Positions 39,901 through 46,099 of a DNA stretch of 64,000 nt are shown here, one piece after another (position 1 is the first letter of the stretch; the number at the start of each line of letters is the position of its first letter). Made by a program: the position numbers and the translations under genes. This DNA is from an uncultured Chloroflexia bacterium (GTDB lineage Bacteria; Chloroflexota; Limnocylindria; Limnocylindrales; CSP1-4), in contig CAWEZH010000002.1 in NCBI GenBank assembly GCA_963813535.1, forward strand, positions 1,398,665 to 1,462,664, in the 5' to 3' direction. The notes below the pieces were generated by a model that was given only the letters and a program-made list of their open reading frames with translations, ran no database searches and had not been told where the DNA came from.

Positions 39901-40309
39901 ATGCCGGCGACGCCACGAGCGTCCCGCCGTTGAGGGGCGAGGTGAGTGCCACCGGGCTCGTCGTGCTGCGATAGACGTTGTAGCCGGCCAGGTCGGGTTC
40001 GCCGTTCGCGGTCCACGTCAACCCGACGGTCCCGTCACCCGGTGTCGCGATGAGACCCGTCGGCGCAGCCGGCGGCGTGGTGTCGAACGAGATGTCGAAC
40101 GGAGCACCGGTGACGCGTGACGAGCCGCTTCCGATGATCGAGCCGTTGGCGAGCGGCGCGATCGAGTCGCCGACAGTCGTACCCGCGGGTTCGCTCATGC
40201 CCCAGCGGGCCATCAGGTTCGTGCCGCTCGTGGGCTCGGCGTTGATCGTCGAGCGGATCTGGGCGAGGCTTCGAGCCCCGCTCCAGACGCGTGCTCTCGT
40301 CGAGGACAC
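30941..40309 (-). CDS. Giant protein fragment 3: FN3, 2 LamG, PKD-like, metallophosphoesterase 2, 14 He_PIG/cadherin-like Ig repeats, 3 unknown 212-aa domains
   Basis: A 3122-aa ORF with recurrent D(T/P)LTYAATNLPPGLSINTTTGLITGTI...SPY.VSVTV.DG motifs. The second phosphoesterase has LGDITEH, PGNHDM and VNGHYPGE. There is no signal peptide and no convincing start of its own. Confidence 0.8.
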   Translation of the reverse strand: MSSTRARVWSGARSLAQIRSTINAEPTSGTNLMARWGMSEPAGTTVGDSIAPLANGSIIGSGSSRVTGAPFDISFDTTPPAAPTGLIATPGDGTVGLTWTANGEPDLAGYNVYRSTTSPVALTSPLNGGTLVASPAFVDNSVTNGTAYFYVVTAVDDSTNQSTASNQVTATPAGAPQQPTGLDLGSSGAYVTFGDPAKLDLSTFTIETWFKRTGAGVANETGTGGIASFIPLVTHGGPQTEGGTVDANWLLGINDATDVLAADFEDTASGANHPISGTTTLVNGVWYHAAATYDGSTWRLYLNGRLEATELESATPRSDTAQHAGLGVMLTTTGAPGNTARFQGVIDETRVWTGARNLSQIQSGVHQLPASTTGLVARWSMGEGTGTNVDDGVAPDADGTITGTGTSWPAGAPFDIPTVSAGPNQNVTLPSSALLDGLALDDGLPSALTTTWSQISGPDSAAIANPNSQSTSVSFTGSGPGDYVFRLTAADGANTIFDEITVTVIDPGPAPNFGLDFDGANDYVTFGDSATLGLSQFTLETWFRRDGAGVATQTGAGGLAAAIPLITKGRNEADGTAADMNYFLGIDATSGKLVADFEEGAGGGTPGLNHPVSGDTVIQNGVWYHAAVTYNGTWRIYVNGVLDMTPVNVGQPLRADSTQDAGLGTAMNSGGTPVGAFNGIMDEARIWNTIRSEAQIQAAMTGPLASAPGMVARWSMDEGAGGTIASSAGTTVNGTLTNGPLFVTGTPFVSTANTPPNVPTNVAPTNGATGVSVNPTLQVGVSDPNGGTLTTSFYGRTAGSSAAEDFTIAVIPDTQHYVDSDADFMTFNQQTQWIVNNEDDLNIVFVSQLGDITEHFDTVRQEFDRADAAMDTLDNAGIPNNLAPGNHDMSNPGAVTSDLWDEYFPPGRYNLPVNPWYGGWLGEEAGQVQRLNKDNYELFTAGGIDFLIIHLEIDMPTYAVQWADEIIDRYPDRQVILSTHAFVNTSNARPSSRVTTRSDGLSAAQVWTQLVAPNCNVFMVVNGHYPGEGRLTSTNSCGQPVHQVLTDYQSRANGGDGWLRYYTFRPSLNTIEAYTYSPKLSTFENDATSRFDLAYDMTALAGFDLIGTVETTSGSTASMPWPGRAPATGYEWYAVTSDGIADRTSPTWTFTTASGPSNNPPIVTAVPNQTNAEGNVIDLTVTATDPENDTLTYGASGLPAGLTMNPTTGHITGTIAFTAAAGSPYNVTVTADDPFNPPVPSTFQWTVTNVNREPTFDQDVPDQSHAEGAVINLDAGATDLDGDTLTYAATNLPPGLSINTTTGLITGTISSTAAAGSPYAVSVTVRDGATVDATDTFSWAVSNVNGNPTFDQNLGNRTDPEGTLVNLDAVRTDPDGDTLTYAATNLPPGLSINTTTGLITGTIAFTAAAGSPYAVSITVSDSPPTADATDTFTWTVTNLNREPTFDQDVLNRTDPEGTLVNLDAGATDPDGDALTYAATNLPPGLSISTTTGLITGTIAFTASATPYNVSVTVRDGATVDATDTFQWTVTNVNREPTFDQDVPDQSHAEGAVINLDAGATDPDGDTLTYAATNLPPGLSINTTTGLITGTISSTAAAGSPYAVSVTVRDGATVDATDTFSWAVSNVNGNPTFDQNLGNRTDPEGTLVNLDAGATDPDGDTLTYAATNLPPGLSINTTTGLITGTIAFTAAAGSPYAVSITVSDSPPTADATDTFTWTVTNLNREPTFDQDVLNRTDPEGTLVNLDAGATDPDGDALTYAATNLPPGLSISTTTGLITGTIAFTASATPYNVSVTVRDGATVDATDTFQWTVTNVNREPTFDQDVPDQSHAEGAVINLDAGATDPDGDTLTYAATNLPPGLSINTTTGLITGTISSTAAAGSPYAVSVTVRDGATVDATDTFSWAVSDVAEGAVPALRAFSSGSNNASTTSITLNRPAGTVAGDVMLASLSVRGTSTVTAPAGWTLIRTDTYTSSLRMHSYWRLATVSDPATWTWTFSAARLAAGAIHAYSGVNTTTPIDASGGQAAATTSASATAPSITTTVNNTRLVAFFANMSSSTWTPPAGFVERADLVGTSPSQFTSLESADVSRPTAGATGAVSAMATASSGNVAQAIALRPSAGGPPPVNNEPTFDQNVPDQNHAEAAVITLDAGATDLDNDPLTYAATNLPAGLSINTSTGLITGTIAFTAAAGSPYSVSVTVRDGATVDATDTFTWTVTNVNREPTFDQDVPNQNHAEGAVISLDAGATDLDGDPLTYAATNLPPGLSISPTTGLITGTIGATGADTSPYSVSVTVRDGATVDATDTFTWTVTEVPPPNQPPTFDQDVPSQSNPEGAVISLDAGATDPESDPLTYAATGLPAGLSIDTGTGLITGTIAFTAAAGSPYNVSVTVRDGPTVDATDTFQWTVTNVNREPTFDQDVQNRTDPEGAVISLDAGATDLDNDPLTYAATNLPTGLTINTATGLITGTISSTAAAGSPYSVSVTVRDGATVDATDIFTWTVTDVPAGAPIALRAVSSGSNNASSTSIVLNRPTGTLAGDVMLASLDVRGTSTVTAPAGWALIRTDTYTSSLRMHVYWRLATGSDPATWTWTFSGSRLAAGVVHAYSGVNTTTPIDASGGQPAASPSATSTAPSITTTVANTMLVAFYANLANTTWTPPAGFVERADLIGTSPSQFTSMMSADVLRPAVGATGTAVASATMSSGNAAQLIALRPAAGGPPPVNNEPTFDQNLPNRTDPEGTVVNLDAGATDLDGDPLTYAATNLPPGLSIATGTGLITGTINSTAAAGSPYAVSITVRDGATVDATDTFTWTVTDVPGPNLPPTFDQNLGNRTDPEGTGVTLDAGATDPDGDPLTYAATNLPAGLSINTSTGLITGTISSVAAASSPYAVSITVRDGPAVDATDTFTWTVTDVPAGSGIAFRAVSFGSNNASTTSINLARPTGTVAGDLLLASLGVRGTSTVTAPAGWTLIRTDTYTSSLRMHTYWRVAAGGDPASWTWTFSASRLAAGTIHAYSGVNTANPIAASGGQVAASASTTATAPSITTPVANTMLVAIFGNMAGSTWTPPAGFTERCDLIGTSPSQFTSLMSASAIRAAAGATGTFAATSSQSSGNVAQLIALRPA
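30944..31579 (-). repeat. Unassigned 212-aa domain, copy 3 (forms the C-terminus of the protein)
   Basis: DVPAGSGIAFRAVSFGSNNASTTSINLARPTGTVAGDLLLASL...NVAQLIALRPA, followed by the stop codon. Confidence 0.8.
32168..32803 (-). repeat. Unassigned 212-aa domain, copy 2
   Basis: DVPAGAPIALRAVSSGSNNASSTSIVLNRPTGTLAGDVMLASL...ALRPA. It is collinear with copy 1 without gaps. Confidence 0.8.
33956..34591 (-). repeat. Unassigned 212-aa domain, copy 1 (dispersed intragenic repeat)
   Basis: DVAEGAVPALRAFSSGSNNASTTSITLNRPAGTVAGDVMLASL...IHAYSGVNTTTPIDASGGQ...WTPPAGFVERADLVGTSPSQFTS...NVAQAIALRPS. Confidence 0.8.
34592..36593 (-). repeat. Near-identical 846-bp tandem repeat, 2.4 copies, inside the giant gene (each unit encodes three Ig-like domains, 282 aa)
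   Basis: gctgaccgcccagctgaagg recurs at 34592, 35438 and 36284 (spacing 846). The antisense track ORFs 34767..35039 and 35613..35885 are identical, as are 35064..35324 and 35910..36170. Divergence begins at 36594. Confidence 0.9.
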
Positions 40310-41486
40310 CCTGGAAGCGGGCGGTGTTGCCGGGATTGCCGTTCGACATGAGCATCACGCCCAGCCCGGCGTCTTGCGTGGTGTCCGACCGAGGCGTGAA
40401 GGCGCCTTCGACCTCGGTCACCTCGAGCTGGCCGTCCAGGTACAGCCGCCAGGTCGTGCCGTCATACGTCGCGGCCGCGTGGTGCCAGACATCGTTGGCG
40501 ATCGGCGTCGTGCCCGAGACCGGGTGATTCAGCCCGGTGGCGGTGTCTTCGAAGTCGGCAGCCAGGACGTCCGTCGCGTCGTTGATGCCCAGGAGCCAGT
40601 TCGCATCGACGTTCGAGCCGTCGGACTCGGGACCGCCGTGGGTGACGAGCGGGATGAATTGCGCGATGCCGCTCGTTCCGGTGGAGTTCGCGACGCCCGC
40701 GCCAGTCCGCTTGAACCAGGTCTCGATCGTGAAGGTCGACAGGTCCAGCTTTGCCGGATCGCCGAACGTGACATAGGAGCCGCCGGTCCCGAGGTCAAGG
40801 CCGTTCGCACCCGGCGTGGGCGCCCCGTGCGTTGTCCCACTGCCCGAATCGGTGAATGTCGCTCCGGCGACCGGGAAGAACTTCCACTCGTAGCTCGTCG
40901 GATGGAGGACGAGCCGCGTGACCCCGTAGGTGTCGTCGTTGAGAGCGATGCTCGTCGGCCTCTGGGTACCGGCCGCGTGGTGTTCTGCGCCGCCCGTACC
41001 GACCGTCATGTGCCGGATGCCGAAGGCCGGGTCGAAGTTGCCGTCGGGATCGAGCGGCTGGAAGACCTCGTAGATGTGGTCGTGACCGACCAATCCGATG
41101 TCCACGCCTGCCGCGTAGAGGGTGGTCACCAGATCGGACATCGCGACCAGATTGGTCGAGCCCGAGCTGAACCGTGGCTTGTGCCACACGGCGATCACGT
41201 TCTTGGAGGCGTTCGCGGCGAGGTCGGCCACCAGCCAGTCGTGCTGGTCGGATCCTGCGGCGCACCCGCCGCCCGGGACATTGGCGCACTCGGAGTCGAG
41301 GTTCACGACGTGCCAATCCGCGTCGAGGTCGTAGCTGTAGTAGCTCGTGCCGCCGGCGTTCGCGTTCGCGCCGAAGTAGGCGAAGTAGTCGGTCAGGCTG
41401 GCCGGCGTCCGGACGCCATTGCCCCAGTCATGGTTGCCCGGGACGGGGCGCGTGCGTGCCTTGAAGGGGCCCCAGGTCGGGCTCAT
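40035..41486 (-). CDS. Giant protein fragment 2: rest of metallophosphoesterase 1 plus the third LamG domain
   Basis: MSPTWGPFKARTRPVPGNHDW...VWHKPRFSS...GHDHIYE, then LamG (FTIETWFKRTG...WHHAAATYDGTTWRLYLDG). The last ~260 nt (below 40297) are an out-of-frame tail. Its ATG overlaps the fragment 1 stop (ATGA). Confidence 0.7.
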   Translation of the reverse strand: MSPTWGPFKARTRPVPGNHDWGNGVRTPASLTDYFAYFGANANAGGTSYYSYDLDADWHVVNLDSECANVPGGGCAAGSDQHDWLVADLAANASKNVIAVWHKPRFSSGSTNLVAMSDLVTTLYAAGVDIGLVGHDHIYEVFQPLDPDGNFDPAFGIRHMTVGTGGAEHHAAGTQRPTSIALNDDTYGVTRLVLHPTSYEWKFFPVAGATFTDSGSGTTHGAPTPGANGLDLGTGGSYVTFGDPAKLDLSTFTIETWFKRTGAGVANSTGTSGIAQFIPLVTHGGPESDGSNVDANWLLGINDATDVLAADFEDTATGLNHPVSGTTPIANDVWHHAAATYDGTTWRLYLDGQLEVTEVEGAFTPRSDTTQDAGLGVMLMSNGNPGNTARFQGVLDESTRLERGSKPRPDPLDDQRRAHERHEPDGPLGHERTRGYDCRRLDRAARQRLDHRKRLVTRHRCSVRHLVRHHAAGCADGSHRDTG

Positions 41487-43573
41487 AGCAGGCGTCGAAC
41501 TCGGCCAGCCGTGCCCGTCTGGTAGACGTTGTCGCCGGTCGTGATGATCGGCCCGTCGATGCCGGCCATGATCGCGGCGGTCTCCGTGTCGCCGGTTTCG
41601 GTGCACGTCGCGAGATCGCCGATCGCCGAGACGACCGTGCCGCTGGTTTCGGCAGCGGTGTGGAAGGTCCAGGTCGGACCGGTCGTCGTGGTGGTGCCGT
41701 CGTTGACGGTGGCGAACCACTGGTATGTCTGGCCGCCCCCGAGGCCCGTCCAAGAGAGCGTCGCGTGTGCACCGGATGCAACGGCCTGTGGCGCTCCGAG
41801 GCTGGCGTAGTTGCCACTCGCCAGCGGGCGTCCGAAGAACTGCACATTGACGGTACCGCCGTTGGGGTCCGATGCGATCACGTCGAGAGTGGGGGGCCGT
41901 GCCACGCCAGTGGCGGCGTTGGCGGGTGTGACGAGCACCGGGGCGTTGGGCGGCGCGGGGAACGCGATGTCGAAGGGAGCCCCGGGTACCCTCGCGACCG
42001 GTGATCCAGCGATCGTGCCGTTGGATGCAGCGGCAGTAGCGGTATCTGGGACATTGATCCCGCTCGCTTCGGACATCGGCCAACGGGCGACCAAGCCGGC
42101 GGGCGCCGATGACAACTGGCTGTTGATCTCGGCACGGATCTGGGCGAGCGACCGGGCTGAGTTCCAGACGCGAACTTCATCGAGAGTGCCATGGAAACGA
42201 GCCAGGTTTCCGGCGTTGATCACGCCCGTCGAGGTGAGTGACACCCCCAGCGCCGCGTGCTGGATGGTGTCAGACCGCGGTGGAAGCGCCGCTTGCGTCG
42301 TCTCGAGCTGGCCGTTCACGTACAGCCGCCAATTCGTTCCGTCGTATGTGGCGGCTGCGTGATACCAGGTGTTCATCGCGATGACCGACGTGCCACGCAC
42401 GGGTTGATTGGTACCGTCTGCCATCGTCTCGAAATCGGCCGCGATCACGTCGGTCGCGTCATCGATGCCGAGCATCCAGTTCGCGTCGACGTTCGAACCC
42501 TCGGCCTGAGGTCCGCCATGGGTCACGAGGGGCAGGAAGCTTGCGATCCCGCCGGTGCCCGTGCTCCCGGCCGTGCCGGCGCCGGTCCGCCTGAACCACG
42601 TTTCGATGGTGAACTGAGCCAGATCCAGTTCGGCTGGGTCACCAAACGCCACGTACGTAGCGTTCGTGACCGTCGCGGGTGTCGCTACCTGGCGGAGCTC
42701 CAGCCCGTTTGCCGTCGGTAGGACTGGCGGCGTAAATCCTTCGGGCCACGTCGGTGCATTGACAAGCGTCCCTGTATGGCCCGAGTTGGAGCTATCGGCC
42801 GTGGTGGCGCCGGTGCCTTCGTTCAGATGCCACAGCCCGAGGAGGGCCGGATCGTCACCGATCTCGACATCCTTCGAGGCCTGGATCTGCCCAAGCGTTC
42901 GCGCTGCGTTCCAGACCCTGGCTTCGTCGATCTCCCCGTCGAAGAAGCCAGCAGCCGGGAACGACGCATTGGATCCGATCGCCGTGCCAAGGGCTGCGTG
43001 CTGGATGCTCGCCGATTGCGGCAGGAACGCGGTTCCGAGATTCAGCGTCCGGTCCAGGACGCCGTCGAGATAGATGCTCCAGGTCGAACCGCTGTACGTG
43101 GCCGCCGCGTGGTGCCAGACGTCGTTGGTGACGACCGTTGATGCGGTGACAGGGTGGTTGCCGCCGTTGACCGTGTCCTCGAAGTCGGCGACCAACACGC
43201 CGGTGGCCGAATCGATCCCAAGGAAGTAGTTGACGTTGAGGTTGGCCGGCGTATCGGCCTCCGCTCGTCCCTTGGTGAGTAGTGGGATGGCCGACGTGAT
43301 GCCGCCAGCGCCCGTCCCGGTTCCAACGCCATTGCCCGTGCGCTTGAACCAGATCTCGAGCGTGAACGCGGACGCACCGAGGCCGGGCGCGGCACCGAAT
43401 GTGACGTGCTGGTTGGTCCCGTTCAGGTCCAGACCGGTGCCTGCCGCCGCGCGCGCTTCCTCGATCGGCAGTGGCACGACACCGAGTGCCGGGCCCATCA
43501 GGGACGTCGCGAGCAGGACGACCTGAAGGACGGCGAGCTTGGCGGCGATATTGCGCGCGCTCGGTACCCTCAA
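41483..43573 (-). CDS. Giant protein fragment 1: signal peptide, 2 LamG domains, FN3-like domain, start of metallophosphoesterase 1
   Basis: TTG start and signal MRVPSARNIAAKLAVLQVVLLATSLMGPALG. LamG blocks are FTLEIWFKRTG...WHHAAATY...IDEARVWN. The ORF ends just after the GDNVY motif. Confidence 0.8.
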   Translation of the reverse strand: MRVPSARNIAAKLAVLQVVLLATSLMGPALGVVPLPIEEARAAAGTGLDLNGTNQHVTFGAAPGLGASAFTLEIWFKRTGNGVGTGTGAGGITSAIPLLTKGRAEADTPANLNVNYFLGIDSATGVLVADFEDTVNGGNHPVTASTVVTNDVWHHAAATYSGSTWSIYLDGVLDRTLNLGTAFLPQSASIQHAALGTAIGSNASFPAAGFFDGEIDEARVWNAARTLGQIQASKDVEIGDDPALLGLWHLNEGTGATTADSSNSGHTGTLVNAPTWPEGFTPPVLPTANGLELRQVATPATVTNATYVAFGDPAELDLAQFTIETWFRRTGAGTAGSTGTGGIASFLPLVTHGGPQAEGSNVDANWMLGIDDATDVIAADFETMADGTNQPVRGTSVIAMNTWYHAAATYDGTNWRLYVNGQLETTQAALPPRSDTIQHAALGVSLTSTGVINAGNLARFHGTLDEVRVWNSARSLAQIRAEINSQLSSAPAGLVARWPMSEASGINVPDTATAAASNGTIAGSPVARVPGAPFDIAFPAPPNAPVLVTPANAATGVARPPTLDVIASDPNGGTVNVQFFGRPLASGNYASLGAPQAVASGAHATLSWTGLGGGQTYQWFATVNDGTTTTTGPTWTFHTAAETSGTVVSAIGDLATCTETGDTETAAIMAGIDGPIITTGDNVYQTGTAGRVRRLL

Positions 43574-43761
43574 ACCCCTCGGGCCTCCCCCGACCCCCCC
43601 GGGTCAGATGCGATCCCCTCGAGTCGCTGGCCAGTGCCGAGGGCTGGGCAGGTCGGCAGTGGCCCTGAGACGAGTTGGGCGGACGGTACTAGTCCGGTAG
43701 GGTCCAGCGCAAGCCAAAAATGCGCCGATGGTGCGTTCGGGCACCGACCGTGTTCAGCCGG

Positions 43762-44577
43762 TCACGTCCCCGTGGGCACCGCTTCTTCGGGCTCCCGGAC
43801 CGTGACCGTGACCGGACCGACGAATCGAGCGATGTACTCGAGCAACAGGACGATGAAGATCAGGACGCCGGTCATCTCCAGCGCTTCCTCGATCGTCAGC
43901 ACCACGATGTACAGGAGAGACGTGCCACCGAACGTCGACGCGATGTAGTCACCGATGGCATCCGAGCCGAGGACACCCGCCATGTACACGAGGCCGCCGA
44001 TCGCGAACCACGTCCGCCACCTGCGCGGCAGGGCGACGAACCATCGCCCGAACAGCGCGATGGCCACGACCAGGCCCACGATGCCGATGAGACCCAGTCC
44101 GATGAGCAGCCATGGCCCGTCGGTGGCATCGGCAAGCCGACGCAGCACCTTGGTGACCTGCGAATGGACACCGATGATCTCCTCGAGCGAGAGGAAGGCG
44201 AACCCGATGGCCAGCAGCGCCCACTGGAGCGCATATGGTCGACCCTGGCGCCGGGCGGCAGTCGCGATGACCCCGAGCATCACGCTGACTGCGAAGAGTG
44301 CGACGGCGGCATACCACGTCGGGATGCTCGCCTCGGCGTTCACGTCAAGCCAGTGTGCGATCGTGTCGACGTACTCGTTCTCGACGATGACGAACTCGGC
44401 GACGACCTGTCCGACGAGGCTGACGACGCTGAATGTGGCGATGAGCACGACCAGCCACCTGGCCAGTCGTCGGACCGGGACGGAAAGTCGCAGCGGATCC
44501 TCGGCCCGACCCCCTGCCACCTCTACCGCGTCCGCGGGAATCCGAGATCGACCGTGCTCGTGCCCGGATCGGGCCAA
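43762..44577 (-). CDS. Hypothetical polytopic membrane protein
   Basis: About six hydrophobic helices and no recognised family. The ORF start overlaps the mmsA 3' end by 55 nt, so a GTG at 44520 is an alternative start. Confidence 0.55.
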   Translation of the reverse strand: MARSGHEHGRSRIPADAVEVAGGRAEDPLRLSVPVRRLARWLVVLIATFSVVSLVGQVVAEFVIVENEYVDTIAHWLDVNAEASIPTWYAAVALFAVSVMLGVIATAARRQGRPYALQWALLAIGFAFLSLEEIIGVHSQVTKVLRRLADATDGPWLLIGLGLIGIVGLVVAIALFGRWFVALPRRWRTWFAIGGLVYMAGVLGSDAIGDYIASTFGGTSLLYIVVLTIEEALEMTGVLIFIVLLLEYIARFVGPVTVTVREPEEAVPTGT

Positions 44578-46058
44578 CGCGACGTCACGATCTTGGCGCG
44601 CGTGTAGAACTGGATGCCCTCGGGGCCGTACATGTGCAGGTCACCGAACAGGCTCGCCTTCCAGCCTCCGAAGCTGTAGTAGGCGACCGGCACCGGGATC
44701 GGCACGTTGATGCCGACCATCCCGGCATTCACCTCGAACTGGAACTGACGCGCCGCCCCGCCATCGCGGGTGAAGATCGCCGTCCCGTTGCCATACGGGT
44801 TCTCGTTGATGAGCGTGACCGCCTCGTCATAGGTCTTGACCCGCACGACGGTCAGCACTGGGCCGAAGATCTCGTCGCGGTACGCGTCCATCGACGTCGT
44901 GACGTTGTCGATCAGCGAGGCACCGAGGAAGAAGCCCTCGCTGTCGCCGTAGAGCGGGTGCTCACGGCCATCGGCGACGATCGTGGCTCCCTGCTCCTTC
45001 GACGAGTCGAGGTAGCCGGCCACCTTGTCGCGGTGCTGGCGCGTGACGAGCGGACCCATCTCGGCCGTCGGGTCGCTGCCGGGACCGACCTTGACGTTCG
45101 GCAGGCGCTTCGAGATCGCGTCGACCAGCGGATCGGCAACGTCTCCGACAGCGACGATCGTGGCGATCGCCATGCAGCGCTCGCCGGCCGAGCCGTACCC
45201 CGCCGAGACCGCCGCGTCGGCGGCCATGTCGACGTCCGCATCGGGCAGGACGATCATGTGGTTCTTCGCCCCACCGAGCGCCTGGACTCGCTTGCCGGCC
45301 TTCGTCCCGGTCTCGTAGATGTAGCGCGCGATCGGCGTCGAGCCGACGAAGCTGACGGCAGCGATATCGGGATGCTCGAGGATGCGGTCGACGGCGACCT
45401 TGTCGCCGTGGACGACGTTGAACACGCCGTCGGGGACACCCGCCTCGTGAAGCAGCTCAGCGATGAAGATCGACGCCGACGGGTCCTTCTCGGAGGGCTT
45501 GAGGATGAATGTGTTCCCGCAGGCGATGGCCGTCGCGAACATCCACATCGGCACCATCGCCGGGAAGTTGAACGGCGTGATGCCGGCCACGACACCGAGC
45601 GGCTGGCGGATCTGGTAGACGTCGACGCCGGTGCTCGCCTGCTCGGTGAAGCCGCCCTTGAGGAGGTTCGGGATGCCGCAGGCGAACTCGAGGTTCTCGA
45701 GACCGCGGGCGATCTCGCCGAGGGCATCCGAGGGGACCTTGCCATGCTCCGCGGTGAGGTGGGCGGCGAGCTCGTGACGGTTCTGGTCGACCAGGTTGCG
45801 GATCTTGAACAGGATGTCCGTCCGCTTGCTGAGCGACGTCGAGCGCCAGCCCGGGAACGCGGCCCGTGCCGCGGCGACGGCGGCGTCGACCTCCTCGATC
45901 GACGCGAAGTCGACGTGTCGAGCCAGCGCACCGGTGGCCGGGTCGTAGACGTCGCCCTCGCGGCCGGACGTGCCCGCGACCGACTGACCGCCGATCCAGT
46001 GGCTGATCCGCCCCGGTGAGGCGGCCGTGCTGATGTCTGGTTCGGCGACTTGCGTCAT
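44523..46058 (-). CDS. mmsA: CoA-acylating methylmalonate/malonate-semialdehyde dehydrogenase
   Basis: An ALDH-fold protein with the MmsA-typical blocks ITPFNFPAMVPMWMF, ACGNTFILKPSEKDP and GSAGERCMA. Confidence 0.85.
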   Translation of the reverse strand: MTQVAEPDISTAASPGRISHWIGGQSVAGTSGREGDVYDPATGALARHVDFASIEEVDAAVAAARAAFPGWRSTSLSKRTDILFKIRNLVDQNRHELAAHLTAEHGKVPSDALGEIARGLENLEFACGIPNLLKGGFTEQASTGVDVYQIRQPLGVVAGITPFNFPAMVPMWMFATAIACGNTFILKPSEKDPSASIFIAELLHEAGVPDGVFNVVHGDKVAVDRILEHPDIAAVSFVGSTPIARYIYETGTKAGKRVQALGGAKNHMIVLPDADVDMAADAAVSAGYGSAGERCMAIATIVAVGDVADPLVDAISKRLPNVKVGPGSDPTAEMGPLVTRQHRDKVAGYLDSSKEQGATIVADGREHPLYGDSEGFFLGASLIDNVTTSMDAYRDEIFGPVLTVVRVKTYDEAVTLINENPYGNGTAIFTRDGGAARQFQFEVNAGMVGINVPIPVPVAYYSFGGWKASLFGDLHMYGPEGIQFYTRAKIVTSRWPDPGTSTVDLGFPRTR

Positions 46059-46099
46059 GGGAGGGTCCTCGTGGATGGCAGCGATCCGACCACGATACG

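Larger units (their letters stand above)
30941..43573 (-). pseudogene. Giant secreted multidomain protein gene (about 4,210 codons if repaired), interrupted by three +1 frame shifts
   Basis: Domain continuity runs across ORFs 41483..43573, 40035..42083 and 30941..40309. Only the first ORF has a signal peptide. The shifts are at about 41503-41509, 41470-41480 and 40294-40299. Confidence 0.65.

Noticed and set aside
40290-41510. Programmed ribosomal frameshifting as the explanation for the three ORFs of the giant gene.
   Set aside because: Three separate shifts would be needed, two of them only ~35 nt apart. None of the sites has a recognisable slippery heptamer or a downstream pseudoknot. Indel error or mutation is far more parsimonious.
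30941-43761. The giant gene as a horizontally acquired island.
   Set aside because: It has no flanking tRNA, integrase or direct repeats, and I could see no composition shift by eye. Its GC content and codon style match the neighbouring genes.
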